From Candidatus Omnitrophota bacterium (lineage in GTDB: Bacteria > Omnitrophota > Gorgyraeia > Gygaellales > Profunditerraquicolaceae), in NCBI GenBank assembly GCA_030693145.1, contig JAUYBI010000068.1:16374-80373 (forward strand): a stretch of DNA of 64,000 nucleotides, in the 5' to 3' direction. Of this stretch, positions 1 through 12,836 are shown in pieces. The notes below the pieces were generated by a model, which made no database searches, was not told where the DNA came from, and worked only from the letters and a program-made list of their open reading frames with translations. Every line of letters begins with the position of its first letter. The first letter of the stretch is position 1. Made by a program: the position numbers and the translations under genes.

Positions 1-247
1 TATTTAATTTCTGGATGAGTTCAACTACCTGGCTTTCAGTTGCGCCTTCAGCTAAAGCGCGCAAACAATATTCAATCCCAAGTTCACCCGCTAACCTCTG
101 CTGTGACTTTGCGTAACTCATTGCCCCGGCATTTTCCCCGATCAGAATACTAGCTAAAACCGGAGGCTGCTTTAAACCGCGCACAGCGAGGATTAAATTT
201 TCCTTTATTTTTTCAGCGATAGGCTTACCCTCTAATAACTTTGCCAA
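1..247 (-). CDS. folD: Methylenetetrahydrofolate dehydrogenase/cyclohydrolase, N-terminal part (runs off the window)
   Basis: Manual translation from TTG at 247: MAKLLEGKPIAEKIKENL...PPVLASILIGEN..AMSYAKSQ, a typical FolD N-terminus; adjacent to a cyclodeaminase gene. Confidence 0.85.
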   Translation of the reverse strand, partial: MAKLLEGKPIAEKIKENLILAVRGLKQPPVLASILIGENAGAMSYAKSQQRLAGELGIEYCLRALAEGATESQVVELIQKLN

Positions 248-788
248 CTTTTTCCTCCATTTTGGCCCTGGCCTGCTTAACGAACTTAGCTTTCAACCCT
301 AATTCTTTATTGACCACGCCCGCCAGTTTTTTATCATTGAGTATTTTTAAATTGATATCCACATTAAGGCACGCAGAGCAAAATGCCGACTCTAAAAATA
401 TCGCCGCTATGGCCATATCGCTAATTAAATTTACGTTGGTTTTTTTAATTAAAGGCGCCAGTATCTTTAGCCCTTCATAACAAAGCCTGGCGAGCATCAA
501 CGGCACATCCATTGCCTTCCGGAGATCCTTACTCTTATAGGCTAAGATATCTAAATCCACCAAATTCAAGAAATCATCTTTTAATTTATCTGTTTTTTTT
601 AAAATCACTTTGAGTTCTGCCTCATATTTAAAATATTTGGGCTTGCCCAAAGTAAAATTAATCACCATACTCAGGAGGCCGGCCCCCATAGCCGCATTCA
701 TTGCCGCGGCAGATCCGCCGCCAGGAGCAGGAAGCTTAGCGGAAAGGTCATTTAAGTATTTAGTTAAGCTTTGAGTTTTATATTCCAT
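225..788 (-). CDS. Formiminotetrahydrofolate cyclodeaminase/cyclohydrolase family protein
   Basis: PAPGGGSAAA motif and NLISD...A..NVDINL motif. Confidence 0.85.
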   Translation of the reverse strand: MEYKTQSLTKYLNDLSAKLPAPGGGSAAAMNAAMGAGLLSMVINFTLGKPKYFKYEAELKVILKKTDKLKDDFLNLVDLDILAYKSKDLRKAMDVPLMLARLCYEGLKILAPLIKKTNVNLISDMAIAAIFLESAFCSACLNVDINLKILNDKKLAGVVNKELGLKAKFVKQARAKMEEKVGKVIRG

Positions 789-792
789 GATT

Positions 793-1173
793 TTACAGTG
801 TAAAGTTTGCGTTTAATTCAAAAGCATCTTTAATTAATGAAATCTTCGGCAGATTATCCAGATATAAAAGCGACAACACATCAAAACGCGCTGAACGCTC
901 CAGGAGATTATTGCTCTTTAAATAATAAATAGCGGCTTTGGAGATCTGCCTCTGTTTCTTGGCAAAAACCGCTTCCTCAGGAACCCCGAAATTAGAGGAA
1001 TGCCTGGCCTTAACCTCCACAAAACAAATAGTGCCCTTATCTTCCGCGATTATATCCACTTCGCCAAATTTAGTTCGATAATTGCGCTGGAGAATCTTAT
1101 AACCCTTAGTTTTTAGAAACTCCACTGCTGTTTTTTCTGCTTGCTTGCCAAACTCTATCCTTGTTTCAGGCAC
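793..1173 (-). CDS. yraN: YraN family (UPF0102) protein
   Basis: RNYRTKFGEVDIIA...FVEVKAR, ARFDV; downstream of rnhB. Confidence 0.9.
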   Translation of the reverse strand: MPETRIEFGKQAEKTAVEFLKTKGYKILQRNYRTKFGEVDIIAEDKGTICFVEVKARHSSNFGVPEEAVFAKKQRQISKAAIYYLKSNNLLERSARFDVLSLLYLDNLPKISLIKDAFELNANFTL

Positions 1174-1769
1174 TTTAAAAAACTCTTTCTGTGAATAGCC
1201 GTAGGCCCAATTTTATTCAGGATATCCCGGTGCATGCGCGTGGGATAACCTTTATGCTGAATAAAACCGTATTGCGGATAAATTTTATGATACGCATCCA
1301 TAATCTGATCACGCCGTACTTTGGCCAGTATGGATGCGGCGGCGATACTCAAAGATTTGCCATCCCCCTTAATAATACTCTGATAAGGCAGATCCAGCTT
1401 AAGGCGCATATTTCCGTCAATAAGCACAAATACGCGTTCTAATTCTTGGGGTTTAAGCTGCTTGGTTAATCTAGAGATTGCCTTTTGCATGGCTAAGATT
1501 GTCGCTTGCAAAATATTAATCTGATCTATCTTAATATGGTTAACGGCGGCAATGGCATATAAAGATTTACTTTTTATTTCAAAAAACGCGTCTTTTCTTT
1601 TTGCCGGAGTTAATTTTTTAGAATCATCCACCCGATGATTGAATCGAAAATCCTTTAACCACACTGCCGCCGCTACTACCGGCCCGGCTAAAGGCCCGCG
1701 GCCTGCCTCATCCACGCCGATAATTAAATCATAACCCTTAAGCTTGAGCTTTCTTTCGTATAAAAGCAC
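1155..1769 (-). CDS. rnhB: Ribonuclease HII
   Basis: GVDEAGRGPLAGPV, DSKKL, SIAAASILAKV, HKGYPT. Confidence 0.97.
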   Translation of the reverse strand: MLLYERKLKLKGYDLIIGVDEAGRGPLAGPVVAAAVWLKDFRFNHRVDDSKKLTPAKRKDAFFEIKSKSLYAIAAVNHIKIDQINILQATILAMQKAISRLTKQLKPQELERVFVLIDGNMRLKLDLPYQSIIKGDGKSLSIAAASILAKVRRDQIMDAYHKIYPQYGFIQHKGYPTRMHRDILNKIGPTAIHRKSFLKCLKQG

Positions 1770-2125
1770 TACTTGGCTTTTTCTTCTTTGGTTTCTATTT
1801 TGGTGGCATGCTTGCCAATCTTCCCTCTTAAATAATAAAGCTTGGCCCTTCTAACCTTACCAAAACGGATAACCTCAATGCGGTCAATAACCGGAGAATA
1901 AAGCGGAAACACCCGCTCCACCCCCTCACCGGAAGAAACTTTCCTCACGGTAAAATTAAGTTTGATGCCCGATCCACTTTTAGCAATCACCACACCCTCA
2001 AAAGGATGCAGGCGGAATTTATCCACTCCTTCGGAAATCCTGGTAAGCACCTTAACCGTGTCTCCGACATTAATCGCCGGCATCTCTTTCTTAGTAAACC
2101 CTGCCTCAATTGATTTGATATCCAT
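1769..2125 (-). CDS. rplS: 50S ribosomal protein L19
   Basis: [34 protein letters not shown]. Confidence 0.97.
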   Translation of the reverse strand: MDIKSIEAGFTKKEMPAINVGDTVKVLTRISEGVDKFRLHPFEGVVIAKSGSGIKLNFTVRKVSSGEGVERVFPLYSPVIDRIEVIRFGKVRRAKLYYLRGKIGKHATKIETKEEKAK

Positions 2126-2140
2126 TACTGTTACTCCTTT

Positions 2141-3963
<1,823 letters not shown>

Positions 3964-4183
3964 TTAACGCGGCTGCCTTGTCTTGTTCCTCCGCGCACCG
4001 CTTGAGCCGCCCCAGCGTGGCGGCTCTACGCTCGAGCAGAATCTTGCGCTCTGCCAAGACATATATGAGGGGCAACCGTGCCCGCGCAAAATTCTTAACG
4101 TGCGCTCCGAAACAAGCCAAGCCATCCGCTAAATCAAGGGTGTCCCCTTTCAGGTCGTCCCCCGGTTGTCCCCCGGTTCCCTA

Positions 4184-4609
4184 TTAAATAATAATAAACG
4201 GGGACTCACTATAATTCTTATCTAAATGGATCCTGCATAATTTATTATTACCGAGTTTTATTTCTGGGGCAATAATTTCTATATAAAATGGGTTAACTCT
4301 ATGAGGGGATTTATGTGGTCCATAAATCCAAGCATCAACTAATTGTTCCTCGATTTCAAATTTAATGCGTGTAAAACTGAATTTTTCCTCAAAATTTTTA
4401 TCGTCAGGAGACCATTTTATGGAATTCGTCTCAAAGTCAGGATTAAATATTTTGAGCGGTTTTCCTAATTCTACGTTTATCGATCCTAAATAACAATCCT
4501 TGATCTCAGGAAATACTTCTATGAAAAATGGCATTTGAAATTTGAGATTATATCTAGCACACCCCATTCCAGTTACAATTCTTCCTTCAATAATGATCAT
4601 AAGATCCAC
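4184..4609 (-). CDS. Hypothetical protein, distantly resembling CTP-dependent (archaeal-type) riboflavin kinase
   Basis: GRIVTGMG...GSINV...IEIIAP pattern resembles RibK G.V.SG.G / GTLN / ELIAP; AT-rich insertion between queA and tgt. Confidence 0.4.
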   Translation of the reverse strand: MDLMIIIEGRIVTGMGCARYNLKFQMPFFIEVFPEIKDCYLGSINVELGKPLKIFNPDFETNSIKWSPDDKNFEEKFSFTRIKFEIEEQLVDAWIYGPHKSPHRVNPFYIEIIAPEIKLGNNKLCRIHLDKNYSESPFIII

Positions 4610-4861
4610 CTATATTCAAAAACCAAGAACACCTCGCTCTACATCAAATCTCACTTACTCATTAGGATATTTAATGTTATGATTCTCATTATTTCCACTG
4701 GACACAAAATGAGCCCACAAAAATCAGAACCTTTCAGCGGAAAACTTGCTAGAAGCGTTTAAATAATCTGGATTAGCGGGTGGCTTGGGTGTTTTCGACG
4801 CGCGTCAGCGCTAGAAAATACCCAAGACAGCCTGCCCACCAATTATTATGGCGGGGACCCG

Positions 4862-5854
4862 CTAAATGATCAGCATTGCATCACCGTAGCTATAAAATCT
4901 ATACTTCTTATCCACTGCTTCCTGATACGCTTTTAGCATCAGCTCTTTGCCCCCGAATGCGCAAACGAGCATTAAAAGAGTAGTCATCGGAAGATGGAAG
5001 TTAGTCAATAGGCAATCCACTGATGCGAATTTGTAACCCGGGTAGATAAATAAATCCGTATTGCCTTCTTTACGGCCAGTGGCATAAGTTTCTAGAGTCC
5101 GCAGGCTTGTCGTGCCCACAGCGATAATGCGGCCTTTATCCGCTTTTACTTTAGCCAGCGCGGCAATGGCAGCATCAGGAACTAAGAAATATTCCGGCTC
5201 CATTTTATGCTCCGTTATATTTTCGCATTTTACCGGGCGAAATGTGCCTAACCCCACATGCAAGGTAACATAGGCCAAGTTAATCCCCGCGCCCTGGATT
5301 TCTTTAAGTGACTCTTGCGTAAAATGCAGGCCGGCAGTAGGCGAAGCAAGCGCCCCTGCATTTTTTGCATAAACCGTCTGATAATAAACCGTATCTAAAT
5401 CCTCAGGCTCACGTTTAATATATGGCGGCAGAGGAACAATCCCAAAGTTATAAATCACATCCGCATCCGGCTGTTTAAAACTGATCTGCCCCCGGCTGCT
5501 TAAAGTTCCGGTAACTTTACCGGAAGCAAAAATAATCTTTTCGCCGACTTTTGTGCGGCTGGGCTGAACCAGGCAGGAAAAAGTTGTGCCGTTAATTCGG
5601 CGGGTGAGTAAAATTTCAACTCTGCCGCCGGTTATTTTATTTCCCATTAAACGGCAATGCAGGACCTTGGTATCATTAAGCACCAACAAATCATTTTTCC
5701 TAAAAAATCCGGCAATCTCCTTAAATACTCCGTGGCTGATCGTGCCGGTTTTTCGATTGACGATCAAAAGGCGGGACTGGCCTCTACTTTCCAGAGGATA
5801 CTGCGCAATCAGTTCTTTAGGGAGCGGGTAATCAAATTCAGTAAGTTTTAGCAT
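4862..5854 (-). CDS. queA: S-adenosylmethionine:tRNA ribosyltransferase-isomerase
   Basis: FDYPLPKELIAQYP, PLPPYIKR, PTAGLHF, YRFYSYGDAM; start placed at ATG 5854 because the ORF-track extension lies inside a palindromic repeat. Confidence 0.96.
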   Translation of the reverse strand: MLKLTEFDYPLPKELIAQYPLESRGQSRLLIVNRKTGTISHGVFKEIAGFFRKNDLLVLNDTKVLHCRLMGNKITGGRVEILLTRRINGTTFSCLVQPSRTKVGEKIIFASGKVTGTLSSRGQISFKQPDADVIYNFGIVPLPPYIKREPEDLDTVYYQTVYAKNAGALASPTAGLHFTQESLKEIQGAGINLAYVTLHVGLGTFRPVKCENITEHKMEPEYFLVPDAAIAALAKVKADKGRIIAVGTTSLRTLETYATGRKEGNTDLFIYPGYKFASVDCLLTNFHLPMTTLLMLVCAFGGKELMLKAYQEAVDKKYRFYSYGDAMLII

Positions 5855-5865
5855 ATTAAAAACTA

Positions 5866-5917
5866 GGGGACGGTTCTGTTTTTCCGAATCCAATTTTAGA
5901 AAAACAGAACCGTCCCC
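5866..5917. repeat. Palindromic REP-like element, family D (GGGGACGGTTC...GAACCGTCCCC)
   Basis: Long inverted arms; second copy at 56863-56913. Confidence 0.8.
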
Positions 5918-5922
5918 ATGAT

Positions 5923-7125
5923 TTAATTAAGGTAGCCGATAACTTGATCGCTTAAATCGTCAATGGAATAGAGGACTACGCCGTCGGGAGCCAAATCAGT
6001 AATCAAACGAAGTTGATTAGCAAACAGGTCCGGATTGTCTTTCATTAAGAATACCCCCATACCGACATAAATTTTCCCTTTGCCGCGATGGCCCAGGCTG
6101 CTTTTTACCACTTCTTTAGCAAACTGATTATCCTTCGTATAAGACATCAATACCACATAATCAATAATCCCCTCTTCTAACCAACCCGACCAATCCTGGA
6201 AGGCGTTGCTATAGGCGCGCTCAGTAACCGGAATAACCGCGCAGGAGACCGCTAAACTGGGGGATTTAACTTTAACTAAACTGGTGATTTTACGCAATAA
6301 ATCCGTAACCTGCTGACGTTTCCAATTATCCCAAGCTAAATATTCATCTTCATTATTCAGCGTATCCAAAACATTAATTCCGGTTTTTTCACGAAACCGC
6401 TCCACATTCTTTGCTCCATAGCCATAAGTTAAACCGAATTTATTAAATCTCGAACCCGGAATAAAAGGAACCGGAGACGGATAGCGTATGTAATCTAAGT
6501 GTATCCCGCTAAATAACGGATAACGGTTAATAATTTCATTAATAATCGTAAGCATATACGCCTCTACCCTGGGGTCGCCCGGCTCTAAGAATATCATATC
6601 TTCTCTTAAATAGTATTTATCCAGCTCGGTACTCGTGGAAATCTTCGATGGCCTTTGATACTGATCACGGGTAAGAATGGAGCTGCCGTACTTATTCAGA
6701 ATATCCGCTTTTTCATTTTTCCCTAATCCTAAGATGTTCACCCAGGCAAAAACCTTAATATTGTTCTGCCCGGCCTCCCTAAGCAATAAATCCAGCGTAT
6801 CCAACCCGGCAGAGGCAACCATCTGGTCATATTTTATTTTGTCAGCAATCCTGGAATCATAATAAGCATTACCCGACTGAAAAATCTGCAGGTAAATCTC
6901 ATTGATTTTAGCCTTATTACATTGCGCAATCAAATTATGCACACCGGCTTCAGAATAAAGCATTTTTTTAGCGGAAAACACCGACACCCAAATACCTCGA
7001 GGAACGGCCGGCTTAACTGGAATCGGCTGATCTGCGGCTAAGGCCAATCTAAGGCTAAATAAATATAAGAATAAAAATATAACTATTATTTTAAATTTCA
7101 TTTTTCTCCTTAATTCGGCCAACAA
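5923..7125 (-). CDS. Secreted glycoside hydrolase-like family 10 (GHL10/DUF187) protein
   Basis: Signal peptide, RGIWV, GIHLDYIRYP, FQDWSGW, M.Y motif. Confidence 0.8.
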   Translation of the reverse strand: MLAELRRKMKFKIIVIFLFLYLFSLRLALAADQPIPVKPAVPRGIWVSVFSAKKMLYSEAGVHNLIAQCNKAKINEIYLQIFQSGNAYYDSRIADKIKYDQMVASAGLDTLDLLLREAGQNNIKVFAWVNILGLGKNEKADILNKYGSSILTRDQYQRPSKISTSTELDKYYLREDMIFLEPGDPRVEAYMLTIINEIINRYPLFSGIHLDYIRYPSPVPFIPGSRFNKFGLTYGYGAKNVERFREKTGINVLDTLNNEDEYLAWDNWKRQQVTDLLRKITSLVKVKSPSLAVSCAVIPVTERAYSNAFQDWSGWLEEGIIDYVVLMSYTKDNQFAKEVVKSSLGHRGKGKIYVGMGVFLMKDNPDLFANQLRLITDLAPDGVVLYSIDDLSDQVIGYLN

Positions 7126-7171
7126 ACTTATAACATTATAATAAGGTTTGCTAACTTTTATTAGTTATCAA

Positions 7172-7207
7172 TTACAGTAGGGGAGGTTTAAACCTCCCCT
7201 ACTGTAA
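7172..7207. repeat. Perfect 36-bp palindrome, GTAG-type REP family A
   Basis: ttacagtaggggaggttt|aaacctcccctactgtaa; related copies at ~41532, 51097 and 53970. Confidence 0.85.
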
Positions 7208-7744
7208 AAAGTCAACTGCATAAGTTTTAAGCGGCATTGAGTATTTACAACCGCAATATTTCTGGCGATAAATACCTTGACGCTTAGCTTCTATCTGCGC
7301 CTGCTTGAAGCCAAGGCGGAAATCTTCATAATAAAAATCTATACCTATTTCTTGGCTAATTTGATGGCCTAGCTGCTTAAGCAATTCATGATGCTGATAC
7401 GGACTGGCCAATAAGGTGGTACTAAATGCCCTAAAACCGCCTTGCTTAGCCTGCCTGGCAGTTTTGCGCAAACGCAATGACCAACAGATTGCGCACCGAT
7501 GAAGCAGTAATTCCGGAGTATTCATTGCCTGAAAAAAATCAGATTCTTCATGCTCCGGATACTCTACAACCAGGGAAAATTCCCGGCTAATAATCTTTAA
7601 GGCCTCAACACGCCGATGGTATTCACTAACCGGGTAAATATTAGGATTGTAATAAAATCCGCTAATTTTAAATCCCTGATCTACCAACCTGCTAAAGGGA
7701 TAAATTAAACAAGGCCCGCAGCAGATGTGCAGTAGGATATCCAT
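7199..7744 (-). CDS. queH: Epoxyqueuosine reductase QueH (DUF208)
   Basis: LLHICCGPC, YNPNI, C..CW.LRL, QKYCGC. Confidence 0.92.
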   Translation of the reverse strand: MDILLHICCGPCLIYPFSRLVDQGFKISGFYYNPNIYPVSEYHRRVEALKIISREFSLVVEYPEHEESDFFQAMNTPELLLHRCAICWSLRLRKTARQAKQGGFRAFSTTLLASPYQHHELLKQLGHQISQEIGIDFYYEDFRLGFKQAQIEAKRQGIYRQKYCGCKYSMPLKTYAVDFLQ

Positions 7745-7751
7745 TACTTTA

Positions 7752-8804
7752 CTAAAAGATTCCTTCTTGCTGTTCTTGATTAAACTTTAAACCAAAATGC
7801 TCAAAAGCCTTCCGGGTAGCTAAGCGGCCCCGCGAAGTACGTTTTAAATACCCCGCCATCAAAAGATACGGCTCGACCGCATCCTCAATCGTATCCACCT
7901 CTTCATTGAGGCTGGCAGCTAAAGACTCAATCCCTACCGGCCCGCCGCCAAATGACTCCAGAATTAATTTTAAAACCTTACGATCCAAATCATCAAAACC
8001 TGCCTGATCAATACCCAGCTCATTAAGGATCTTGGAAGCTGATGCTTGATCTACATTTTTAATTTTTAAAACCTGGGCGTAATCCCTCACCCGGCGCAAG
8101 AGCCGGTTGGCGATACGCGGAGTCCCCCGGGAGCGTTTGGCAATCTCTAAAGTTGCCGCCGCATCAATTTTTACCGATAATAACTGGCTGGAATTTTTTA
8201 TAATTTTAGCCAAATCTTCCAGCTTGTAGAAATCCAGGCTATAAAACATACCAAACCTGCTCCTCAACGGAGCAGCTAAAAGCCCGGTGCGCGTAGTGGC
8301 ACCGATTAAAGTAAATGGCTTAAGGTTAAACTTGATGGTCTTAGCGTATGGCCCTTTATCAATAATAAAATCAATCTGGAAACTTTCCATTGCCGGATAC
8401 AAAAATTCTTCAACCACTTTGGACATACGATGTATCTCGTCAATAAACAGGACATCTCCGTTTTCCAAATTGGTGAGTATACCGATTAAATCTCCGGCCC
8501 GCTCAATCGCCGGCCCGCTGGTGGCGGTAATTTTAGCGCCCATCTCATGCGCGATAATATGTGACAGGGAAGTTTTACCCAACCCCGGAGGCCCGCTTAA
8601 AAGCACATGCTCTAAGGGCTCTTTTCTCTCTTGAGCCGCCTGAATGGCAATTTTTAAATTATCCACAATATCCTGATGGCCGACAAACTCACCAAACTTC
8701 TTTGGCCTTAAGGATATATTTAAAACTACATCCTCTTCGGATTCCTTGATATCAGTATTAATGGAATCAGCTTTCAGCAGTGTGTGCCTGGTCTCTTCGC
8801 TCAT
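7752..8804 (-). CDS. ruvB: Holliday junction branch migration helicase
   Basis: LRP, GPPGLGKT, FIDEIHR, SRGTPRIANRLLRRVRD. Confidence 0.97.
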   Translation of the reverse strand: MSEETRHTLLKADSINTDIKESEEDVVLNISLRPKKFGEFVGHQDIVDNLKIAIQAAQERKEPLEHVLLSGPPGLGKTSLSHIIAHEMGAKITATSGPAIERAGDLIGILTNLENGDVLFIDEIHRMSKVVEEFLYPAMESFQIDFIIDKGPYAKTIKFNLKPFTLIGATTRTGLLAAPLRSRFGMFYSLDFYKLEDLAKIIKNSSQLLSVKIDAAATLEIAKRSRGTPRIANRLLRRVRDYAQVLKIKNVDQASASKILNELGIDQAGFDDLDRKVLKLILESFGGGPVGIESLAASLNEEVDTIEDAVEPYLLMAGYLKRTSRGRLATRKAFEHFGLKFNQEQQEGIF

Positions 8805-9540
8805 AAGGAATAATGTTTTCTTTGTTCCTGATCATAATTATATCTTCAAATTCCACGTCTTGACGGGCAATAATTTCCTTCATTTTAGCCAGCTCCAGGA
8901 TTGCCAAAAAGATCACCACGATCTCCATCTTGCTTTTGGTCTTGGAGAATAGCTCCGAAAGCTTAATTTCTGTTTGTACCAGCAGCAAGTGCAGAATATC
9001 GTGGACTTTTTGCTCAACCGTATACTGATCCTTGATCACCTCATAAAAAACTTCGCGGGGTATATCTTTTAAAGCCCGAGAAAAAGCATTAATCAAATCA
9101 AAAATGTTGGCCTCAAAATATTTATCCACTTGCCTATCGAATGCTTTGCTCTCCGCCACTTCTTCGGTTTTCGGGCGCTTAAAAATTTCCTGCTGGCTAG
9201 CTTCCCTTTGCTTTAAATTTTCAGCGATTTGTTTAAACTTTTCATACTCCAGAAGCCTTTTGACCAACTCCGCGCGCGGATCCCCCTGTTCTTCTAAAAC
9301 CGCCAACTCTTCTGCCGGAAGCAACATTTTGGATTTTATCTGCATCAGCGTGGCCGCCATTACCAAAAATTCTCCCACAATATTTAAATCCAAAAGTTGC
9401 ATCAAATTAATATACTCTAAGTATTGTTGAGTGACTTTGGCAATCGGAATATCGTAAATATTAAGGTGGTCTTTTTTGACTAAATATAATAGCAGGTCTA
9501 ACGGCCCCTCAAACATATCCAGCCGGATTTTATAGTTCAT
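8767..9540 (-). CDS. scpA: Segregation/condensation protein A
   Basis: FEGPLDLLLYL, EFLVMAATL..IKSKMLLP, FLAILEL. Confidence 0.95.
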   Translation of the reverse strand: MNYKIRLDMFEGPLDLLLYLVKKDHLNIYDIPIAKVTQQYLEYINLMQLLDLNIVGEFLVMAATLMQIKSKMLLPAEELAVLEEQGDPRAELVKRLLEYEKFKQIAENLKQREASQQEIFKRPKTEEVAESKAFDRQVDKYFEANIFDLINAFSRALKDIPREVFYEVIKDQYTVEQKVHDILHLLLVQTEIKLSELFSKTKSKMEIVVIFLAILELAKMKEIIARQDVEFEDIIMIRNKENIIPYERRDQAHTAES

Positions 9541-10517
9541 ATTTTAAGTAATGCTCTTACTTCTAAAATAGTTTTCTTAGCCAACAGGGATGCCTTTTGC
9601 CTCCCGGTGGATAAAATCTCCTGAATGCGCTTCTTGTCTTTTTGCCAAGCGAGCCGTTTTTCCTGAATCGGCGCTAATAAATTAGCAAGCAAAGCTGCCA
9701 ATTCCTTTTTACATTCCGTGCAACCAATCATGGCTTTTGTGCAACGCTCATGCACCTGATCCTTAAGCGCAGGTGAAAACGCCGCATAATAAGAGAAAAC
9801 ATTGCATTTATCCGGATGCCCGCTATCCGCAACGTGGATACGCTCCGGGTCTGTAAACATCCCCTGCACCTTTTTACGGATAACCTCGGGCGCGTCAGTG
9901 AGAGCGATATAATTATTATAACTCTTACTCATCTTGCGGCCATCCAGGCCTAAAAGACGGGTAGTCTGGGTAAGCAAAGCCTTGGGTTCCGCAAAACAAG
10001 CTGTCTTGTAAAGACGATTAAACTTTCGCGCTATCTGACGGCACAACTCTAAATGCGGCAGTTGATCCTCACCCACAGGCACGCTATCGGCCTTATAAAG
10101 TAAAATATCCGCGGCTTGTAGAACCGGATACCCTAAAAAAGCATAGGTACTTAAATCGCGATTAACCACTTGGCGCAATTGTTCTTTATAGGTAGGGCAA
10201 CGCTCAAGCAGCCCTAAGGGCGTAATCAGAGAAAAAATAAAATAAAGCTCCAGGTGTTCGGGAACTTGCGATTGAATAAAAATAGTGGATCTTTCCGGGT
10301 CAATCCCGCAGGAGAGCCAATCAATGACATTGTCCAACATGTTATCTTTAAGCAGGCCCGGATTTTCATATTCAGACATCAGCGCGTGCCAATCCGCGAC
10401 CATAAATAAACAATCATATTCATCTTGCAGCTTCGTCCAATTAGCCAAAGCCCCAACCAAATGGCCCAGATGTAATTTACCCGTAGGACGCATCCCGCTT
10501 AATATTCTTTTTTTCAT
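9537..10517 (-). CDS. trpS: Tryptophan--tRNA ligase
   Basis: SGMRPTGKLHLGH, YPVLQAADIL, VPVGEDQ, KMSKS. Confidence 0.97.
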   Translation of the reverse strand: MKKRILSGMRPTGKLHLGHLVGALANWTKLQDEYDCLFMVADWHALMSEYENPGLLKDNMLDNVIDWLSCGIDPERSTIFIQSQVPEHLELYFIFSLITPLGLLERCPTYKEQLRQVVNRDLSTYAFLGYPVLQAADILLYKADSVPVGEDQLPHLELCRQIARKFNRLYKTACFAEPKALLTQTTRLLGLDGRKMSKSYNNYIALTDAPEVIRKKVQGMFTDPERIHVADSGHPDKCNVFSYYAAFSPALKDQVHERCTKAMIGCTECKKELAALLANLLAPIQEKRLAWQKDKKRIQEILSTGRQKASLLAKKTILEVRALLKI

Positions 10518-10596
10518 CCTTCGACTTAATCCTTATTTCATTCGCTAAGCGCTCAGGATGACCCTGAGCATAGTCGAATGGGTCATCGCTGAATTC

Positions 10597-12807
10597 TCAT
10601 AGCTTGCGGGCGATTTTCTCTATATCATAAGCTTCAATAATATCGCCTTCGACTAGTTGATCAAACCCGCTAACTGCAATACCGCACTCAAACCCCTCGC
10701 CAACCTCGCGCACATCATCCTTAAAACGTTTAAGGCTGGCAAGCTTGCCTTCAAAAGCAACCGCACCATTGCGCATCACGGTAATCATGCAGTTACGGTT
10801 AATCTTCCCCTTGGTTACAAAACATCCGGCAATGATACCGGAACGGGAAAGCTTAAACATCTTCCTGACTTCGACCCTGCCTAAAAATACTTTCTTTAAT
10901 TTTGGATCAAGCATGCCCTCAACCGCAGCTTTTATGTCATTAGCCAGCTCATAAATAATATTATATATTTTTACATCTATGCCTTCTTTAGAGATGAGCT
11001 TCTTAGCCGGCTCATCAGCAGAAACATTAAATCCCAAAAGCAACGCATCAGAAGCTACCGCTAAAATTACATCGGAAGTATTAATGTTTCCCGCCCCCAG
11101 ATGGATGATATTAATTTTTATTTCGGAAACATTCAACTTCTCCAAAGTATCTCTAATTGCCTCCAGCGATCCCTGGACATCCGCCTTAATAATTAAATTT
11201 AATTCCTTAATTTTACCGGCGGCAATCTGCAGATGCAACTCTTCCAAGCTTACCCTTTTTACCTCTTTAACCTGCTGAAGCTTTTCTTTTTCCACACGGG
11301 CGGCAATTAAACTCTTGGCCTGTCTTTCATCTTCAATCACAAAAAACTGGCCCCCTACCTGCGGAATTCCGCTTATCCCTAAAATTTCTACCGGAGTTGC
11401 CGGGCCGACAGAAGTTACTCCCTGCCCCCGGTCATTAAGCATCGCTCTGACTTTTCCATATAAATTACCTACGATTATATTCTGGTTAAGATGTAATGTG
11501 CCGTTCTGCACAAGCAATGTCGCTACCGGCCCCCTGCCTTTAGCCATCCGGGCTTCCACGACTACTCCATAGGCCAGGCGGTCAGGATTGGCTTTTAATT
11601 CCATGATTTCGGCTTGCAACAAAATCATTTCCAGTAAGCTGTCTATTCCTGCGCCGGTCTTAGCAGAGACCGGGACAATAATCGTTTTACCGCCCCAATC
11701 CTCAGGAGTTAATCCGGCTGCAGCTAACTGTTTTTTAACCGTGTCTAGATTTGCCTGCGCTTTATCTATTTTATTAATCGCCACGATGATCGTTACTCCG
11801 GCAGCCCGCGCATGGTCGATGGCTTCCTGAGTTTGCGACATAATTCCGTCATCAGCAGCTACAACTAACACCACAATATCGGTAATCCGGGCGCCGCGAG
11901 CACGCATCGCGGTAAATGCTTCATGGCCGGGTGTATCTAAAAAGGTAATCTCCCCCTGCGGAAGGCTGACCCGGTAAGCACCGATATGCTGAGTAATCCC
12001 TCCATGTTCTCCTTCTGTAACTTTAGTTTTACGTATGGCATCCAAAAGAGAAGTCTTACCATGATCAACATGCCCCATAAAAGTAACTATCGGTGAACGG
12101 CTCTTTTGCTCTTGCGGCTTATCTATTTTTTGATGCGCCTGCAAAGCCGTTTCTTCGGCATTCAAAGCTTTCTTCACTCCAAAATTATATTTTAAACATA
12201 ACTTATTTAAAGTAGCCTCATCTAAAGACTGATTAATCCCGATCATTACCCCCATACCCATAAGATGCTTAATCAGAACCGAAGACTTCTCCTGTAATTT
12301 TATGGATAAATCTTTAACCGTAATCGGAAGCTCCAGTTCAATCTCTTTTTCCGGGCCGGCTTCGGCCTTAACCTCAGGGATAAATTCTGATTTCACTGGA
12401 GGAGAGACTTCGACTTTTACCTCTGGCTTATGGATAGGCTTAACTGCCACTTTTACTTCAACCTTGGGCTCAGGTTTTATTACCGGTTTAACTGCAACTT
12501 TCTCTTCAACCCTGGGTTCAGGTTTTATTATCGGCTTAACTACCATTTTCACTTCAACCTTGGGCTCAGGTTTTGTTACCGGTTTAAGCATAGATTTAAA
12601 TACCGGCTTAATTTTTTCCTTAACCTTGTTTACTGCCAATTTGAGCTTAAGCGGCTTAGCTAGAGGCTTAAACTTAACCGCCTCTTGCGCTTTAGCAACC
12701 GGCTTCTTAGTTTTTACCTCCACGTTAACCTTAGGCTTAACTATTTTTTTCACTACTTTTTTTTCTTTTTTTATTTTTAGCATATTTTTCTCTTTCTCGC
12801 CCGCCAA
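10597..12807 (-). CDS. infB: Translation initiation factor IF-2
   Basis: [31 protein letters not shown]; K/P/V/E-rich repeated N-terminus (start may be the ATG at 12783). Confidence 0.97.
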   Translation of the reverse strand: MAGEKEKNMLKIKKEKKVVKKIVKPKVNVEVKTKKPVAKAQEAVKFKPLAKPLKLKLAVNKVKEKIKPVFKSMLKPVTKPEPKVEVKMVVKPIIKPEPRVEEKVAVKPVIKPEPKVEVKVAVKPIHKPEVKVEVSPPVKSEFIPEVKAEAGPEKEIELELPITVKDLSIKLQEKSSVLIKHLMGMGVMIGINQSLDEATLNKLCLKYNFGVKKALNAEETALQAHQKIDKPQEQKSRSPIVTFMGHVDHGKTSLLDAIRKTKVTEGEHGGITQHIGAYRVSLPQGEITFLDTPGHEAFTAMRARGARITDIVVLVVAADDGIMSQTQEAIDHARAAGVTIIVAINKIDKAQANLDTVKKQLAAAGLTPEDWGGKTIIVPVSAKTGAGIDSLLEMILLQAEIMELKANPDRLAYGVVVEARMAKGRGPVATLLVQNGTLHLNQNIIVGNLYGKVRAMLNDRGQGVTSVGPATPVEILGISGIPQVGGQFFVIEDERQAKSLIAARVEKEKLQQVKEVKRVSLEELHLQIAAGKIKELNLIIKADVQGSLEAIRDTLEKLNVSEIKINIIHLGAGNINTSDVILAVASDALLLGFNVSADEPAKKLISKEGIDVKIYNIIYELANDIKAAVEGMLDPKLKKVFLGRVEVRKMFKLSRSGIIAGCFVTKGKINRNCMITVMRNGAVAFEGKLASLKRFKDDVREVGEGFECGIAVSGFDQLVEGDIIEAYDIEKIARKL

Positions 12808-12836
12808 TCTTTGTGGCGGGACTTTATATTAAAAAA

